Positions 40,480 to 49,873 of a stretch of 64,000 nt of DNA are shown here, piece by piece; the first letter of the stretch is position 1; every line of letters starts with the position of its first letter. The stretch is from a virus: the IMG/VR virus record IMGVR_UViG_3300020465_000011, positions 4,482 to 68,481 of that record; one strand, given 5' to 3'. Both the position numbers and the translations under genes were made by a program. The notes under the pieces were generated by a model. It made no database searches, was not told where the DNA came from, and worked only from the letters and a program-made list of their open reading frames with translations.

Positions 40480-41240
40480 CACAACTAATAGATGAATGTA
40501 AAGTAATGGCATTAATGAATGACATGCTTGTTCAAAGTATGATAATTCGAGACATAACACAAAGAACGTGTAGTAAACCTACACGGAGACGAATACTAGA
40601 ACTGGGTTCAGGCGGTGGCGGCTGGACAAAAATTATACATAAACTCAGTGAAGAATCCGGTAATCCTCCGCTTGATGTAGGTTGGACATTGGTAGAAAAT
40701 TTTATGTGGATGGAAGACAATTATCAAGGTGATTGGCCAACTACCAAGGAGGAATTAAGAGAAGCTGTTAAGGACATGATTCCACATGCTATTCTTGAAA
40801 ATATATACGATCATAGCGTAACACAATTAATCTCTGACAGAGAGTTTAATAATTGTTATAACAATAATATTTCTTTCATGCGAATCGATGTTTCAGCAAC
40901 ATACCAAGAAATAGAACATTTAATTAAACATAACTTAGATGATGATGCTATGATTATAATCGACGATACTAGAATGAACTGTGGAATAGAAAGAATATAT
41001 TTGTTGTTTGAACTAATTAGAAATAACTTAGGATATCCTGTTTGGTTTGGAGAAAAAGAAAGTATGCTATGTAAAAATCCAGATAGAGCTAAATTTTATA
41101 GTAATTGGTTAGCAGAAGCATTAAAAGAAAAAAACTACAATATATATTGGAATCAAGAGTATAAAGTATTTTTTGGCATAGATTGTTATTTTACAACAAC
41201 TACCCCGTTTAATATATTTGTATCTCAGGTAAAGGAATAA
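40476..41240 (+). CDS. Class I SAM-dependent methyltransferase-like protein
   Basis: ILELGSGGGG motif I; RID and IIIDD. Confidence 0.65.
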   Translation: MTQLIDECKVMALMNDMLVQSMIIRDITQRTCSKPTRRRILELGSGGGGWTKIIHKLSEESGNPPLDVGWTLVENFMWMEDNYQGDWPTTKEELREAVKDMIPHAILENIYDHSVTQLISDREFNNCYNNNISFMRIDVSATYQEIEHLIKHNLDDDAMIIIDDTRMNCGIERIYLLFELIRNNLGYPVWFGEKESMLCKNPDRAKFYSNWLAEALKEKNYNIYWNQEYKVFFGIDCYFTTTTPFNIFVSQVKE

Positions 41241-41242
41241 AA

Positions 41243-42088
41243 ATGCAACTTATATTCAATGATCATTCATTAGAATTAGAATTGTACAATACAAATTTTG
41301 TAGACGCTTGGTGTAATTGGGTATTCAATGAAAGTAATGAATTAGATTTAAATTTTGATTATAATAGAGTAAAACAACTGCACAGTGAAAGACTAACACT
41401 AATAGACAAGTTAGATACAATTTTAAATGCTGTTAATGAAATAGCAGTAAGTATGGGGTTGCCTGACAAATGGCATTATGAATTATCTAACTTATACGAT
41501 AGTAATTTTTTACAACGAACACACGAACAATGGGCTATGATATCAAAAGAAGCAAATGAAAAGCACTTGCCTTTGTATGATGCACAGGTAGCAGAAATAT
41601 GGAATGCTCATAATCAAAAACTCGCAGAGCAATCTAAACATTATAATGACATTAATTCATGGGTGCATCACATTGAATTTCAATACAAATTTTTCTCAAT
41701 GTCCAGAGTTATGTTTAATAGATCTGACGAAGCAATTAAAAGTTATAATATCACACCAAGTGATACCAGTTTCATTAAAGATGCAGTTACAATACCTTTC
41801 AATGATATTGGCAGACCTCAATATGAAAAATTTTGTATAAGTGGCAATGTAACAAATCCTGAGATAAGCAATTATAATAACGTTATTAATGCAGTAGAGT
41901 TATCAAGTACTCCTGTACAAACTCCAATTGATCCTAGATTTATTACTACTTGTGAACAGCAAGGAGTTGAACAATGGGGGCCTAATGTTTGTGTTGCTAA
42001 AAACAAAGAAATAGATACTCAGCTGATGGGATATACAGTAATTAGTAATTTTACTGAAGGAGAGAATAGGATGATATTAAAAAGGTAG
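41243..42088 (+). CDS. Hypothetical protein
   Basis: RBS AAGGAA; helical with LQRTHEQW and INSWVHHIE motifs; no family recognised. Confidence 0.6.
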   Translation: MQLIFNDHSLELELYNTNFVDAWCNWVFNESNELDLNFDYNRVKQLHSERLTLIDKLDTILNAVNEIAVSMGLPDKWHYELSNLYDSNFLQRTHEQWAMISKEANEKHLPLYDAQVAEIWNAHNQKLAEQSKHYNDINSWVHHIEFQYKFFSMSRVMFNRSDEAIKSYNITPSDTSFIKDAVTIPFNDIGRPQYEKFCISGNVTNPEISNYNNVINAVELSSTPVQTPIDPRFITTCEQQGVEQWGPNVCVAKNKEIDTQLMGYTVISNFTEGENRMILKR

Positions 42089-42092
42089 CTCA

Positions 42093-43154
42093 ATGGATTT
42101 ATCCAATAATTTAAAAAACAGATATTGCCCTAAACTTTTTACCTTTTTTGAAGTTAGTTGGAATGGCGACTGTTGGCTTTGTTGTCCTGCATGGTTACCT
42201 AACAAAATAGGAAATATATTAACCCAGAGTTTTGATGAAATATGGAATGGTGATACAGCAAAGGAACTAAGAAATCAAGTGTTTACTGGAAATTGGAACT
42301 ATTGTCAACATGAAGTGTGTCCTCAAATTGTGCAAAACCAGTTACCAGATTTAAGTGAAGCGGTTGCTAATAGTCCTGTTAAAAAACAACAAACACATGT
42401 TGAGACTCTTCCAACTATAATTAATTTCAGTGAAGATGAAAGCTGTAATTTGCAATGCCCTAGCTGTAGACTTTATAAGAAAATGTGGAAAAAAGGCACA
42501 CCCCAATATAATTCACGCAAGAGAATTAATGACAATGTACAAGAAATTTTCTTTAAGACTCCTACAGACAGATACTTTGAAATAAATGTTACCGGAAGTG
42601 GCGATCCTTTTGGTAGTATCATTTATAGAGAAATGTTACAGTCAATTGATGGCAGAAAATTTCCAAATTTAAAAGTTAACTTAAACACAAATGCAGTGAT
42701 CTTTACTCCTAAAAATTGGCATAAGATATATAAAATACATAACAATTTGCAAAACTGTAGAATAAGTTTTGATGCAGGAACAAAACATACGTACGAAACA
42801 AAAACTCGAATTGGTGGTAATTGGGATATATTATTAAAGAACTGTAGGTTTTTAAATGAAAGATCAAAAGAATTTGAAAATTTTAATTTACACTTTGACT
42901 TTGTAGTACAATATGACAACTATCATGAAATGAAAGATTTTGTTAAATTAATATTAGATAACTTTGATAATGCACATAGTATACATTTTTCAAAAATAAT
43001 TGATTGGAAGACTTGGAGCCCCGATAAATACAATTCTAAAGCAGTTTGGAAAGAAACACATCCAAATCATCATGATTTCCTAGAGCATTTAGCTGATGAT
43101 ATTTTAAACCACAAATTGGTTTTCCTAGGTAATTTATATCAATATAGAAAGTAA
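42093..43154 (+). CDS. Radical SAM protein with N-terminal SPASM/twitch domain
   Basis: YCPKLF..WLCCP..IGNI..IWNG..YCQHEVCP; CNLQCPSC; GSGDP. Confidence 0.92.
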   Translation: MDLSNNLKNRYCPKLFTFFEVSWNGDCWLCCPAWLPNKIGNILTQSFDEIWNGDTAKELRNQVFTGNWNYCQHEVCPQIVQNQLPDLSEAVANSPVKKQQTHVETLPTIINFSEDESCNLQCPSCRLYKKMWKKGTPQYNSRKRINDNVQEIFFKTPTDRYFEINVTGSGDPFGSIIYREMLQSIDGRKFPNLKVNLNTNAVIFTPKNWHKIYKIHNNLQNCRISFDAGTKHTYETKTRIGGNWDILLKNCRFLNERSKEFENFNLHFDFVVQYDNYHEMKDFVKLILDNFDNAHSIHFSKIIDWKTWSPDKYNSKAVWKETHPNHHDFLEHLADDILNHKLVFLGNLYQYRK

Positions 43155-43159
43155 CATTT

Positions 43160-43831
43160 ATGAAAGTAGTAGCTGTTATACCGGTCCGTAAAGGTTCCGA
43201 ACGAGTTATATCTAAAAATACAAAACCTTTTGCAGACACAACACTTTTAGATTTAAAATTAGAAGTTATGAAACAAGTAAAGGGTTTAGATAATCTTATT
43301 GTTAACACAGACTGTGATATTTGCATAGATATTGCAAAAAATCATGGAGTAGAAATACATAGACGTGATGATTATTTTGCTTCATCTCTTGCAAATAATC
43401 GTGAACATTGGACTAATTTAGCAGAAGTAACTGATACTGATATACTAATGATGTGTCAATGCACAAATCCAATGGTAACAGTTACAACACATGAACAAGC
43501 ATTAACAGATTATCTAGCGTCTATAGATCAGTATAATAGTGCTATATCAGTATCAGCACAAAAAAAGTTTTTATGGCAAGATGGTTCTCCTATAAATTAT
43601 GATTTTAATAAAACTCCTAAGAGTCAAAATCTGCCAGACATTGTATCATTAAATTTTGCTATCACTATTAGTAACAAGCAAGAAATGTTTAAAACAGGAA
43701 ATGTCATTTCAGCTAATCCAAAGTTTATAGAATTAGATAGTATCCAATCATTGGATGTAGACTGGCCAATAGATTTTGAGTTTGCTGAATATGTTTATAA
43801 AAAGCATGGACTAGATTGGGTGTTATCATGA
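43160..43831 (+). CDS. Acylneuraminate/CMP-sugar cytidylyltransferase (NeuA/PseF/KdsB family)
   Basis: IPVRKGSERVISKNTKPF, CTNP, DVDWPIDF. Confidence 0.88.
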   Translation: MKVVAVIPVRKGSERVISKNTKPFADTTLLDLKLEVMKQVKGLDNLIVNTDCDICIDIAKNHGVEIHRRDDYFASSLANNREHWTNLAEVTDTDILMMCQCTNPMVTVTTHEQALTDYLASIDQYNSAISVSAQKKFLWQDGSPINYDFNKTPKSQNLPDIVSLNFAITISNKQEMFKTGNVISANPKFIELDSIQSLDVDWPIDFEFAEYVYKKHGLDWVLS

Positions 43832-44742
43832 TATTAGTTACAGGTGTTGCAGGATTTATTGGAGCAAAAGTTGCCGAGTCATTAATAGAAGCAGGTGAAA
43901 CTATAGTCGGTGTAGATGATTTATCAACAAGTGATTTATCTAATGTACCAAACGATGTCATATTTGAAAACTTTGATTTAGCTGATACACAACTTGTAAG
44001 TAAACTAGAAAAGCATGGTAACTTTAAAACAATATATCATATTGCTGGACAAAGTGGTGGTGAGCCTAGTTACGATAATCCGTTACAAGATCTTAATAGT
44101 AATACTGCTAGTACATTAAATTTATTACAACTAGCACTTAAATCACCAGATTGTGTTTTTGTATATGCATCGACAGTATCAGTGTATGGCAAAAATGGAA
44201 AAACGCATTTGCAGAATGAGCATGATTTATGTAGACCTGAATCGTTTTATGGTGTAGGTAAAGTTGCCAGTGAAAACTATCTACGTATATACGCTGAGCA
44301 ATATGGATTAAAAACACGATCTCTTAGGTTATTTAATATATACGGCCCCGGACAAAATTTAAATAACCTAAGACAAGGCATGGTAAGTATTTTTATAGCA
44401 CAAGCAATTAATAATGGTGAAATTATTGTAAAAGGTTCTAGCGATAGATACAGAGACTTTGTTTATATTGATGATGCTGTAACAGCATTTAAACTTGCTT
44501 CCGATTATCTAGCATCGGGTTACTTTGTGTTTAATATTTCAACAGGTATAAAAACTACAGTAAAAGAAGTTTGTTCATTAATTGGTGATGTACCAGTAAA
44601 GTATAGCAACCCTACACCAGGAGATGTCCATGGTTATACTGGAGATTTTAGTAGAGCAAAAGATTTATTGGGTTGGGTTCCTAAAACATCATTCAGTGAC
44701 GGAATAGCTAAAATGCTAGAGTGGGCAAATAATCAGCAATAA
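43828..44742 (+). CDS. NAD-dependent nucleotide-sugar epimerase/dehydratase
   Basis: GVAGFIG, YGVGK (YxxxK), RLFNIYGPGQ, RDFVYIDD; ATG 43828 overlaps upstream stop. Confidence 0.92.
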   Translation: MILVTGVAGFIGAKVAESLIEAGETIVGVDDLSTSDLSNVPNDVIFENFDLADTQLVSKLEKHGNFKTIYHIAGQSGGEPSYDNPLQDLNSNTASTLNLLQLALKSPDCVFVYASTVSVYGKNGKTHLQNEHDLCRPESFYGVGKVASENYLRIYAEQYGLKTRSLRLFNIYGPGQNLNNLRQGMVSIFIAQAINNGEIIVKGSSDRYRDFVYIDDAVTAFKLASDYLASGYFVFNISTGIKTTVKEVCSLIGDVPVKYSNPTPGDVHGYTGDFSRAKDLLGWVPKTSFSDGIAKMLEWANNQQ

Positions 44743-44752
44743 ATATTAAATA
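44740..44752 (+). promoter_or_regulatory. Tandem TAAATA late-promoter motifs
   Basis: TAAATA at 44740 and 44747 before the GGAG RBS of the dioxygenase. Confidence 0.4.
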
Positions 44753-44773
44753 TACATTTAATGGAGATGTTCA

Positions 44774-45535
44774 ATGTCTTATAAAGATATTATAAGAGAA
44801 GAAGGTTATACTATTATACCAAAGTTTTTTAATGATGACGAGGTATTTAAATTACAAACATTAAATGATAATGTAGGACCAGAAAAAGGCCAACATAAAG
44901 AGTTAGGGTGGCAAAAAGAAGCAGACTCTACTAGAGAAAATTATATACATTATTGGAGTCATCAATGTAAGGAAGAAACTGTTTGGATACAAGAAAAATT
45001 ACATCCTGTTATAAGTGATATAATGTTAGAAAACTATAAATGGTTTGCTATAGACTTTCACGTAACTAATCCAGGTAGTCAATATATTCATGCACACATA
45101 GATTATCCATATGCGTTTAGGCCATGGCATTATATGACAGAACTACTTGCTGTACAATGTTTAATTGCTGTAGATAATTTTACTATTGCTAATGGTGGTA
45201 CAGCAATATTGCCAGGTTCACATGTGAACAGTTATCCACTTGACAAAATGGGCAGTAGTGAATTAAATGATGAATTAGTAAATAATGGCTATAACTTTGT
45301 GGCACCAGCTGGTAGTTTATTAATATATCATCCTCGTTCGTTACACAGCACAATGCCAAATAATACTACAAAACCTCGTAGTGCATTATTAATGTTAGCA
45401 GTAAAGCCTGACATTGTTAAAGGACTTAGTCGTTTTCATAATGTTAATAAAGAAGATTTTGAAGATGATATACCATTGACAAATGAGATGAATTATGCTA
45501 GACTAGATAAACTAATGGGACATATTAGAAAATGA
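44774..45535 (+). CDS. Phytanoyl-CoA dioxygenase (PhyH)-family 2OG-Fe(II) oxygenase
   Basis: EEGY, HID, NGGT..LPGSH, GS..IYHPRSLHS...N....R. Confidence 0.88.
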   Translation: MSYKDIIREEGYTIIPKFFNDDEVFKLQTLNDNVGPEKGQHKELGWQKEADSTRENYIHYWSHQCKEETVWIQEKLHPVISDIMLENYKWFAIDFHVTNPGSQYIHAHIDYPYAFRPWHYMTELLAVQCLIAVDNFTIANGGTAILPGSHVNSYPLDKMGSSELNDELVNNGYNFVAPAGSLLIYHPRSLHSTMPNNTTKPRSALLMLAVKPDIVKGLSRFHNVNKEDFEDDIPLTNEMNYARLDKLMGHIRK

Positions 45536-45885
45536 ATGTACATGAACAAAATATGCCGCCGCCACCCCCACCAAGTAAACACCCAGAAGGGTTTGACGGT
45601 ATAGAACCTACAGCTCAAATGATAGGTATATTTCAGCCATGGACTGATGAACATACTAAGTTATTTGAGCGTATATTAGAAACAGAAGTAGATCAAGTAT
45701 GCATAGCAATACGTCATATGCCAATAGATGATAATAATTCTTTACATCCGCATGAAGTAGGAAAGTATATAGAAGATGCATTAAAAGTAAAAGGTTATAC
45801 ACAGTTTAAAGACTTTGTAATTATGATAGTCCCAAACATAACAAGAATCTTTCAACAAAAGGAAGATAATGAAAAGAATATATAG
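45532..45885 (+). CDS. Degenerate cytidylyltransferase-like protein
   Basis: MIGIFQPWTDEH instead of GRxQPxHxGH; IAIR; VPNI. Confidence 0.6.
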   Translation: MNVHEQNMPPPPPPSKHPEGFDGIEPTAQMIGIFQPWTDEHTKLFERILETEVDQVCIAIRHMPIDDNNSLHPHEVGKYIEDALKVKGYTQFKDFVIMIVPNITRIFQQKEDNEKNI

Positions 45886-46174
45886 AACAAACAGACTAGG
45901 TCGTATAAAAGACTTTATTAAAGAATCACACAGATTATCTCCTACAGCATTTTATTGTGAAATGGTGGAAACTGTGTTGCTGTTAACAGCATCGGCAATA
46001 CTCTCATTTACTATTCTTGATCCTGCAACGGAAATATTCATTCCATTATATCTAGCAGGTTCAATACTTGGTATAATTAGTACTGTAATACGCAAAGCAT
46101 TCTTTGCTATTGTGCTATGTGCGTGGTTCACAGTAATGAACACTATAGCACTTATTCAACTAGTAATATATTAA
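45869..46174 (+). CDS. Small membrane protein (about 3 TM)
   Basis: Three hydrophobic segments. Confidence 0.65.
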   Translation: MKRIYRTNRLGRIKDFIKESHRLSPTAFYCEMVETVLLLTASAILSFTILDPATEIFIPLYLAGSILGIISTVIRKAFFAIVLCAWFTVMNTIALIQLVIY

Positions 46175-46183
46175 AAGGTATAT

Positions 46184-46462
46184 ATGATAAAAGTATTCTT
46201 TATCGCAAAGATAAAAAATTTAAATGCAGACTATAAAAATAGAAGCACAAGACTACGCAAAATGGCAGAATCAATGCCAGGCTTTGTTTCAATTGAATCA
46301 GAAGAAATAGATGATGTTGAAATTACTGTTAGTACATGGCGTAGTAAAGAAGATGTACAAGAATGGGCACAAGATTTAACGCATGTTGAAGCAAAACGCA
46401 AACACCAAGAATGGTATCATTGGGTGCGTGGCATACACGTTGAAACTGTAGATGACGAGTAG
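46184..46462 (+). CDS. Antibiotic biosynthesis monooxygenase (ABM) domain protein
   Basis: MPGFVS..ITVSTWRSKEDV..W....H..A.......WY. Confidence 0.8.
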   Translation: MIKVFFIAKIKNLNADYKNRSTRLRKMAESMPGFVSIESEEIDDVEITVSTWRSKEDVQEWAQDLTHVEAKRKHQEWYHWVRGIHVETVDDE

Positions 46463-47978
46463 ATACGACACAGTTTGGGGTTGGACTGGATTATCACATG
46501 ATGCCAGTTTAGCTGTATTTGTTAATGATCGTCTTGAGTTTGCCTCACATGCTGAACGTTTTTCACAAGTAAAAAATGATCGTTTTATTCATGCAGGACT
46601 GATGCATGAAGCACTTCAGTATGGTATACCGGGAGAAATTTTCTTTTATGAAACTCCATGGCTAAAGAAAACAAGACAATTATATGCTGGACAATATAAA
46701 TTAATTAAAAAACCTTCACCAGATCATTTCCTAACTATGGTATATGATGTAATGATAAAAACAGGTATTGGCAAAGGTGAATTACCACGTTCTGTACCTA
46801 CAAGACATCATCTTGCACATGCCGCCGGAGGCTATTATACATCAACATACGATCATGCTACTATTGTTGTGTTAGACTCTATAGGTGAATGGGAAACACT
46901 TACAATATGGGAAGGCATAGACAATCAATTACATAAACGTTTCTCTCAGAGATATCCACACAGCGTTGGAATATGGTATTCTGCTATGACACAGCGTATA
47001 GGATTAAAACCACAGGAACATGAATACATACTAATGGGCATGGCCGCAATAGGCGATCCAGATAGATTATATAATAAAATTAAAAAAGATTTTATTGCTA
47101 AAATGCCAACAACAAAAGATCCTCGTGTGAAGTTTCGACGCAACTGTCATCGAGGTTGTTTAGATTGGTTACCTGGATTAAACACACCACAAGACTATGC
47201 CGACATAGCCTCAGCTACACAACGCATATATGAAGAAATATTTACAGGCATACTGGAATACGCTCGTACTCATTATCCTTCACGCAACCTTGTATTAATG
47301 GGTGGCTGTGTATTAAATTGTGTAGCAAATAGTTTAGCGGCCAATTATTATGACGATATATGGATAATGCCCAACCCAGGTGATGCTGGTTCGGCCATTG
47401 GTTGTGTACTTGCACACAAAAAACAAAGATTAGAGTTTACTCATGCATTTCTAGGAGCGGATATACCTGGTGAATATCCTATAGAAGAAATACTGGAAGA
47501 TTTGCATGAACACAAAATTACAGCGGTTGCTTCGGGCCGAGCCGAGTTTGGACCACGAGCATTAGGACATAGAAGTATCTTGGCCGATCCCCGGGGCGCC
47601 GATGTAAAAGATAGAGTTAATCGAATTAAACAGCGTGAAGCATTTAGACCATTTGCTCCAATGATACTGGAAGAACATGCATATAAGTATTTTGATATGC
47701 CAGTTAAATCATCACCATATATGCAATTTGTAGCTAAATGTAAAAAGCCTAAAGAGTTTCCTGCTATAGTACATTATGATAATACTTCTAGAGTACAAAC
47801 TGTAGGCAAGGAAATGGGCCCTGTTAGAACTCTATTAGAACGTTGGTATGCAGAAACTGGTTGTCCTATGTTGTTAAATACTAGTCTTAACATTAAAGGA
47901 AAGCCTTTAGTAAATTGCAGAATGGGTGCAAATAACTGGAGTGCAGAATATGGAGTTGACATTTGCTTGCCAAGATAA
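46452..47978 (+). CDS. O-carbamoyltransferase (NodU/CmcH/TobZ family)
   Basis: HDAS, HHLAHA, GGCVLNCVAN, GDAG, EFGPRALGHRS, RPFAP, LLNTSLN. Confidence 0.93.
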   Translation: MTSRYDTVWGWTGLSHDASLAVFVNDRLEFASHAERFSQVKNDRFIHAGLMHEALQYGIPGEIFFYETPWLKKTRQLYAGQYKLIKKPSPDHFLTMVYDVMIKTGIGKGELPRSVPTRHHLAHAAGGYYTSTYDHATIVVLDSIGEWETLTIWEGIDNQLHKRFSQRYPHSVGIWYSAMTQRIGLKPQEHEYILMGMAAIGDPDRLYNKIKKDFIAKMPTTKDPRVKFRRNCHRGCLDWLPGLNTPQDYADIASATQRIYEEIFTGILEYARTHYPSRNLVLMGGCVLNCVANSLAANYYDDIWIMPNPGDAGSAIGCVLAHKKQRLEFTHAFLGADIPGEYPIEEILEDLHEHKITAVASGRAEFGPRALGHRSILADPRGADVKDRVNRIKQREAFRPFAPMILEEHAYKYFDMPVKSSPYMQFVAKCKKPKEFPAIVHYDNTSRVQTVGKEMGPVRTLLERWYAETGCPMLLNTSLNIKGKPLVNCRMGANNWSAEYGVDICLPR

Positions 47979-48088
47979 AATTATTATTAGAGTATTTGCC
48001 TATTATAGGTCCACGTATACGTAAGAATAGGCGTAGGCGTGAGCTAATGGAAAAGATAGCTAACGAAGATCCATTTATATACGATTAA
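47963..48088 (+). CDS. 41-aa basic peptide ending DPFIYD (not in ORF track)
   Basis: TTG start after GGAG; MLAKIKLLLEYLPIIGPRIRKNRRRRELMEKIANEDPFIYD; fills the gap after the carbamoyltransferase. Confidence 0.6.
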   Translation: MLAKIKLLLEYLPIIGPRIRKNRRRRELMEKIANEDPFIYD

Positions 48089-48097
48089 GGAGAAACT

Positions 48098-48460
48098 ATG
48101 TCACAATTTGACTGGAAACGTCCTACGTGTGCAATGCTAGGAGCATTTCAACCATGGACAGAAGATCACACAAAAGAATTTGAAAGTGTTATTAAAAGAT
48201 CTAAACAAGTAGTTGTATGGGTACAAGAAGCAGATAAAACTGTTAAACGCCCACATGATTTTATATTTGTAAGAGATCAAATTGAACAAGCATTAAGTGA
48301 TGCTGGGTATGATAATGAAGAAGATTTTATTATACAGCCAGTTCCTTATGTAGTTGATTTTGTGTTTAGTAATGAAGGTGAGTATAGAATTACCAGGCCT
48401 TTTGTGGGTCAAACACAAGAGCCTGATGTGATAGACTCCACGGGCCAAACTCTAAATTAA
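48098..48460 (+). CDS. Degenerate cytidylyltransferase-like protein (paralog of 45532)
   Basis: PTCAMLGAFQPWTEDH; AAGGAG RBS. Confidence 0.6.
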   Translation: MSQFDWKRPTCAMLGAFQPWTEDHTKEFESVIKRSKQVVVWVQEADKTVKRPHDFIFVRDQIEQALSDAGYDNEEDFIIQPVPYVVDFVFSNEGEYRITRPFVGQTQEPDVIDSTGQTLN

Positions 48461-49166
48461 CAGTATCAGCACACTTATAAAATCTTTGTAATGTGTCGCC
48501 TAATTCTACTCTAAATTGTAATGCTTTTATTTCTAAATGTCTAGTACCATGTGGTATTAAATCGTCTTTAAGATAATTGCATATATTCTTTTTAAACCTA
48601 CGCATAAACCCTGCTTCTTCTTCGGGTATATCCCATGGTACATTATAATACTGTGAGTCATTCCAGTTTTTATAATATTCTTTTAATTCCTCTTTACTTT
48701 CAATTCTTTTTATGTTATAAGGAGGTAATACACGCAAAGTATCTTTCATCCAACTTTGCTCTTCTATTTGCATATAAATTTTATCTTCAATGAGACCTTG
48801 TTGTATTAAAGGTGCAATATATAACATTCTATCACTGCCAGGGTGTGCAACTAACTTATGGTCCGGCCATTGTGTTTCCCAATGCATTTGCTGTGGTGCT
48901 AATATTCCGTTACGATAGATATCGCTACCAACAACACAAGCCTTATGCATTGTATACAAGCCAGGTATATTATCTAATTTTTGCCATGGCAATGCCATAT
49001 ATTGTGAAATACTTTCGCTTTGTATTTGTGCTGGATTTACAGTTCTGCCATTGACAATCGTATTATATTCTGCTAGAGTAACTGTACCTATATAAATTTT
49101 ATTTCTACTATTAGCAAAATAATCATCTATAACTGAGTCATCTCTATTTACAGTAAAGTTTACCAT
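48390..49166 (-). CDS. Hypothetical protein with HPGSD motif (possibly ParB/Srx-like)
   Basis: IYRNGILAPQQ...VAHPGSDR. Confidence 0.5.
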   Translation of the reverse strand: MVNFTVNRDDSVIDDYFANSRNKIYIGTVTLAEYNTIVNGRTVNPAQIQSESISQYMALPWQKLDNIPGLYTMHKACVVGSDIYRNGILAPQQMHWETQWPDHKLVAHPGSDRMLYIAPLIQQGLIEDKIYMQIEEQSWMKDTLRVLPPYNIKRIESKEELKEYYKNWNDSQYYNVPWDIPEEEAGFMRRFKKNICNYLKDDLIPHGTRHLEIKALQFRVELGDTLQRFYKCADTVNLEFGPWSLSHQALVFDPQKAW

Positions 49167-49873
49167 TTGTCAATACCTAATATTGCTCTCATTTGATAGT
49201 ATTGTAAATCTTGTTTGGTTTTAATATCGCACCATGGACCACCATTGGTGAAATGCAGAGCACCAGCATCTTCTCGATATTCATATTCATCCACTAACCA
49301 ATTCCAGCGTAAATCAATTGATCCTATTTCTTCGTCTTTAAGATGTAAAAACCTATGCAGTTCTCGAGGCTCAGCTGAATTACAATACTCGGGTGTTAGT
49401 GTTCTATTACTGGGGTGGGCACAATTCCACATTATTAGACTGCTCCAGTTCTTGCGTGGAAAGTTTTCTTGTATATGCCCGTATGCTTTTTCTTTTATTG
49501 TGCTTTCATAGTCGTGTTTGCACACCATTACAGCATAACGGTCGTCACGCTGTTCCCAAAGTCTAGCAACATTGTCTTGCCATAAAAAATCTCCATCACA
49601 GAATATGGCCCAGCCTTGCCAAAAACTCACAAATGGAATAAAAAATCTAGAATAAACAAAAGCAGTTGATTCATTATCTTTCTTTTCTCGTGCATAATAA
49701 GGAATAGTATTAATACAATTTGGTTTTGTTATTACATCTTTGCAATAGTGTCTTATACTACTGATACACAAATCATACATTTCTCTGTGTCGAGAATCAA
49801 AACCAATGTGAACTATAGGGTGTGTACTTGTCGATTGGGCTGACTGGATTGTAGATTGCATTAAAATTTCCAT
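49160..49873 (-). CDS. Glycosyltransferase (GT8/CDI-like)
   Basis: IGFDSR, ST.F.YSRF, FCDGD, PRKNWSS, HFTNGGPW. Confidence 0.85.
   Translation of the reverse strand: MEILMQSTIQSAQSTSTHPIVHIGFDSRHREMYDLCISSIRHYCKDVITKPNCINTIPYYAREKKDNESTAFVYSRFFIPFVSFWQGWAIFCDGDFLWQDNVARLWEQRDDRYAVMVCKHDYESTIKEKAYGHIQENFPRKNWSSLIMWNCAHPSNRTLTPEYCNSAEPRELHRFLHLKDEEIGSIDLRWNWLVDEYEYREDAGALHFTNGGPWCDIKTKQDLQYYQMRAILGIDKW

Noticed and set aside
47581-47604. GC-rich palindromic patch CCCCGGGG
   Set aside because: Encodes the conserved ADPRGAD of the carbamoyltransferase; no terminator context
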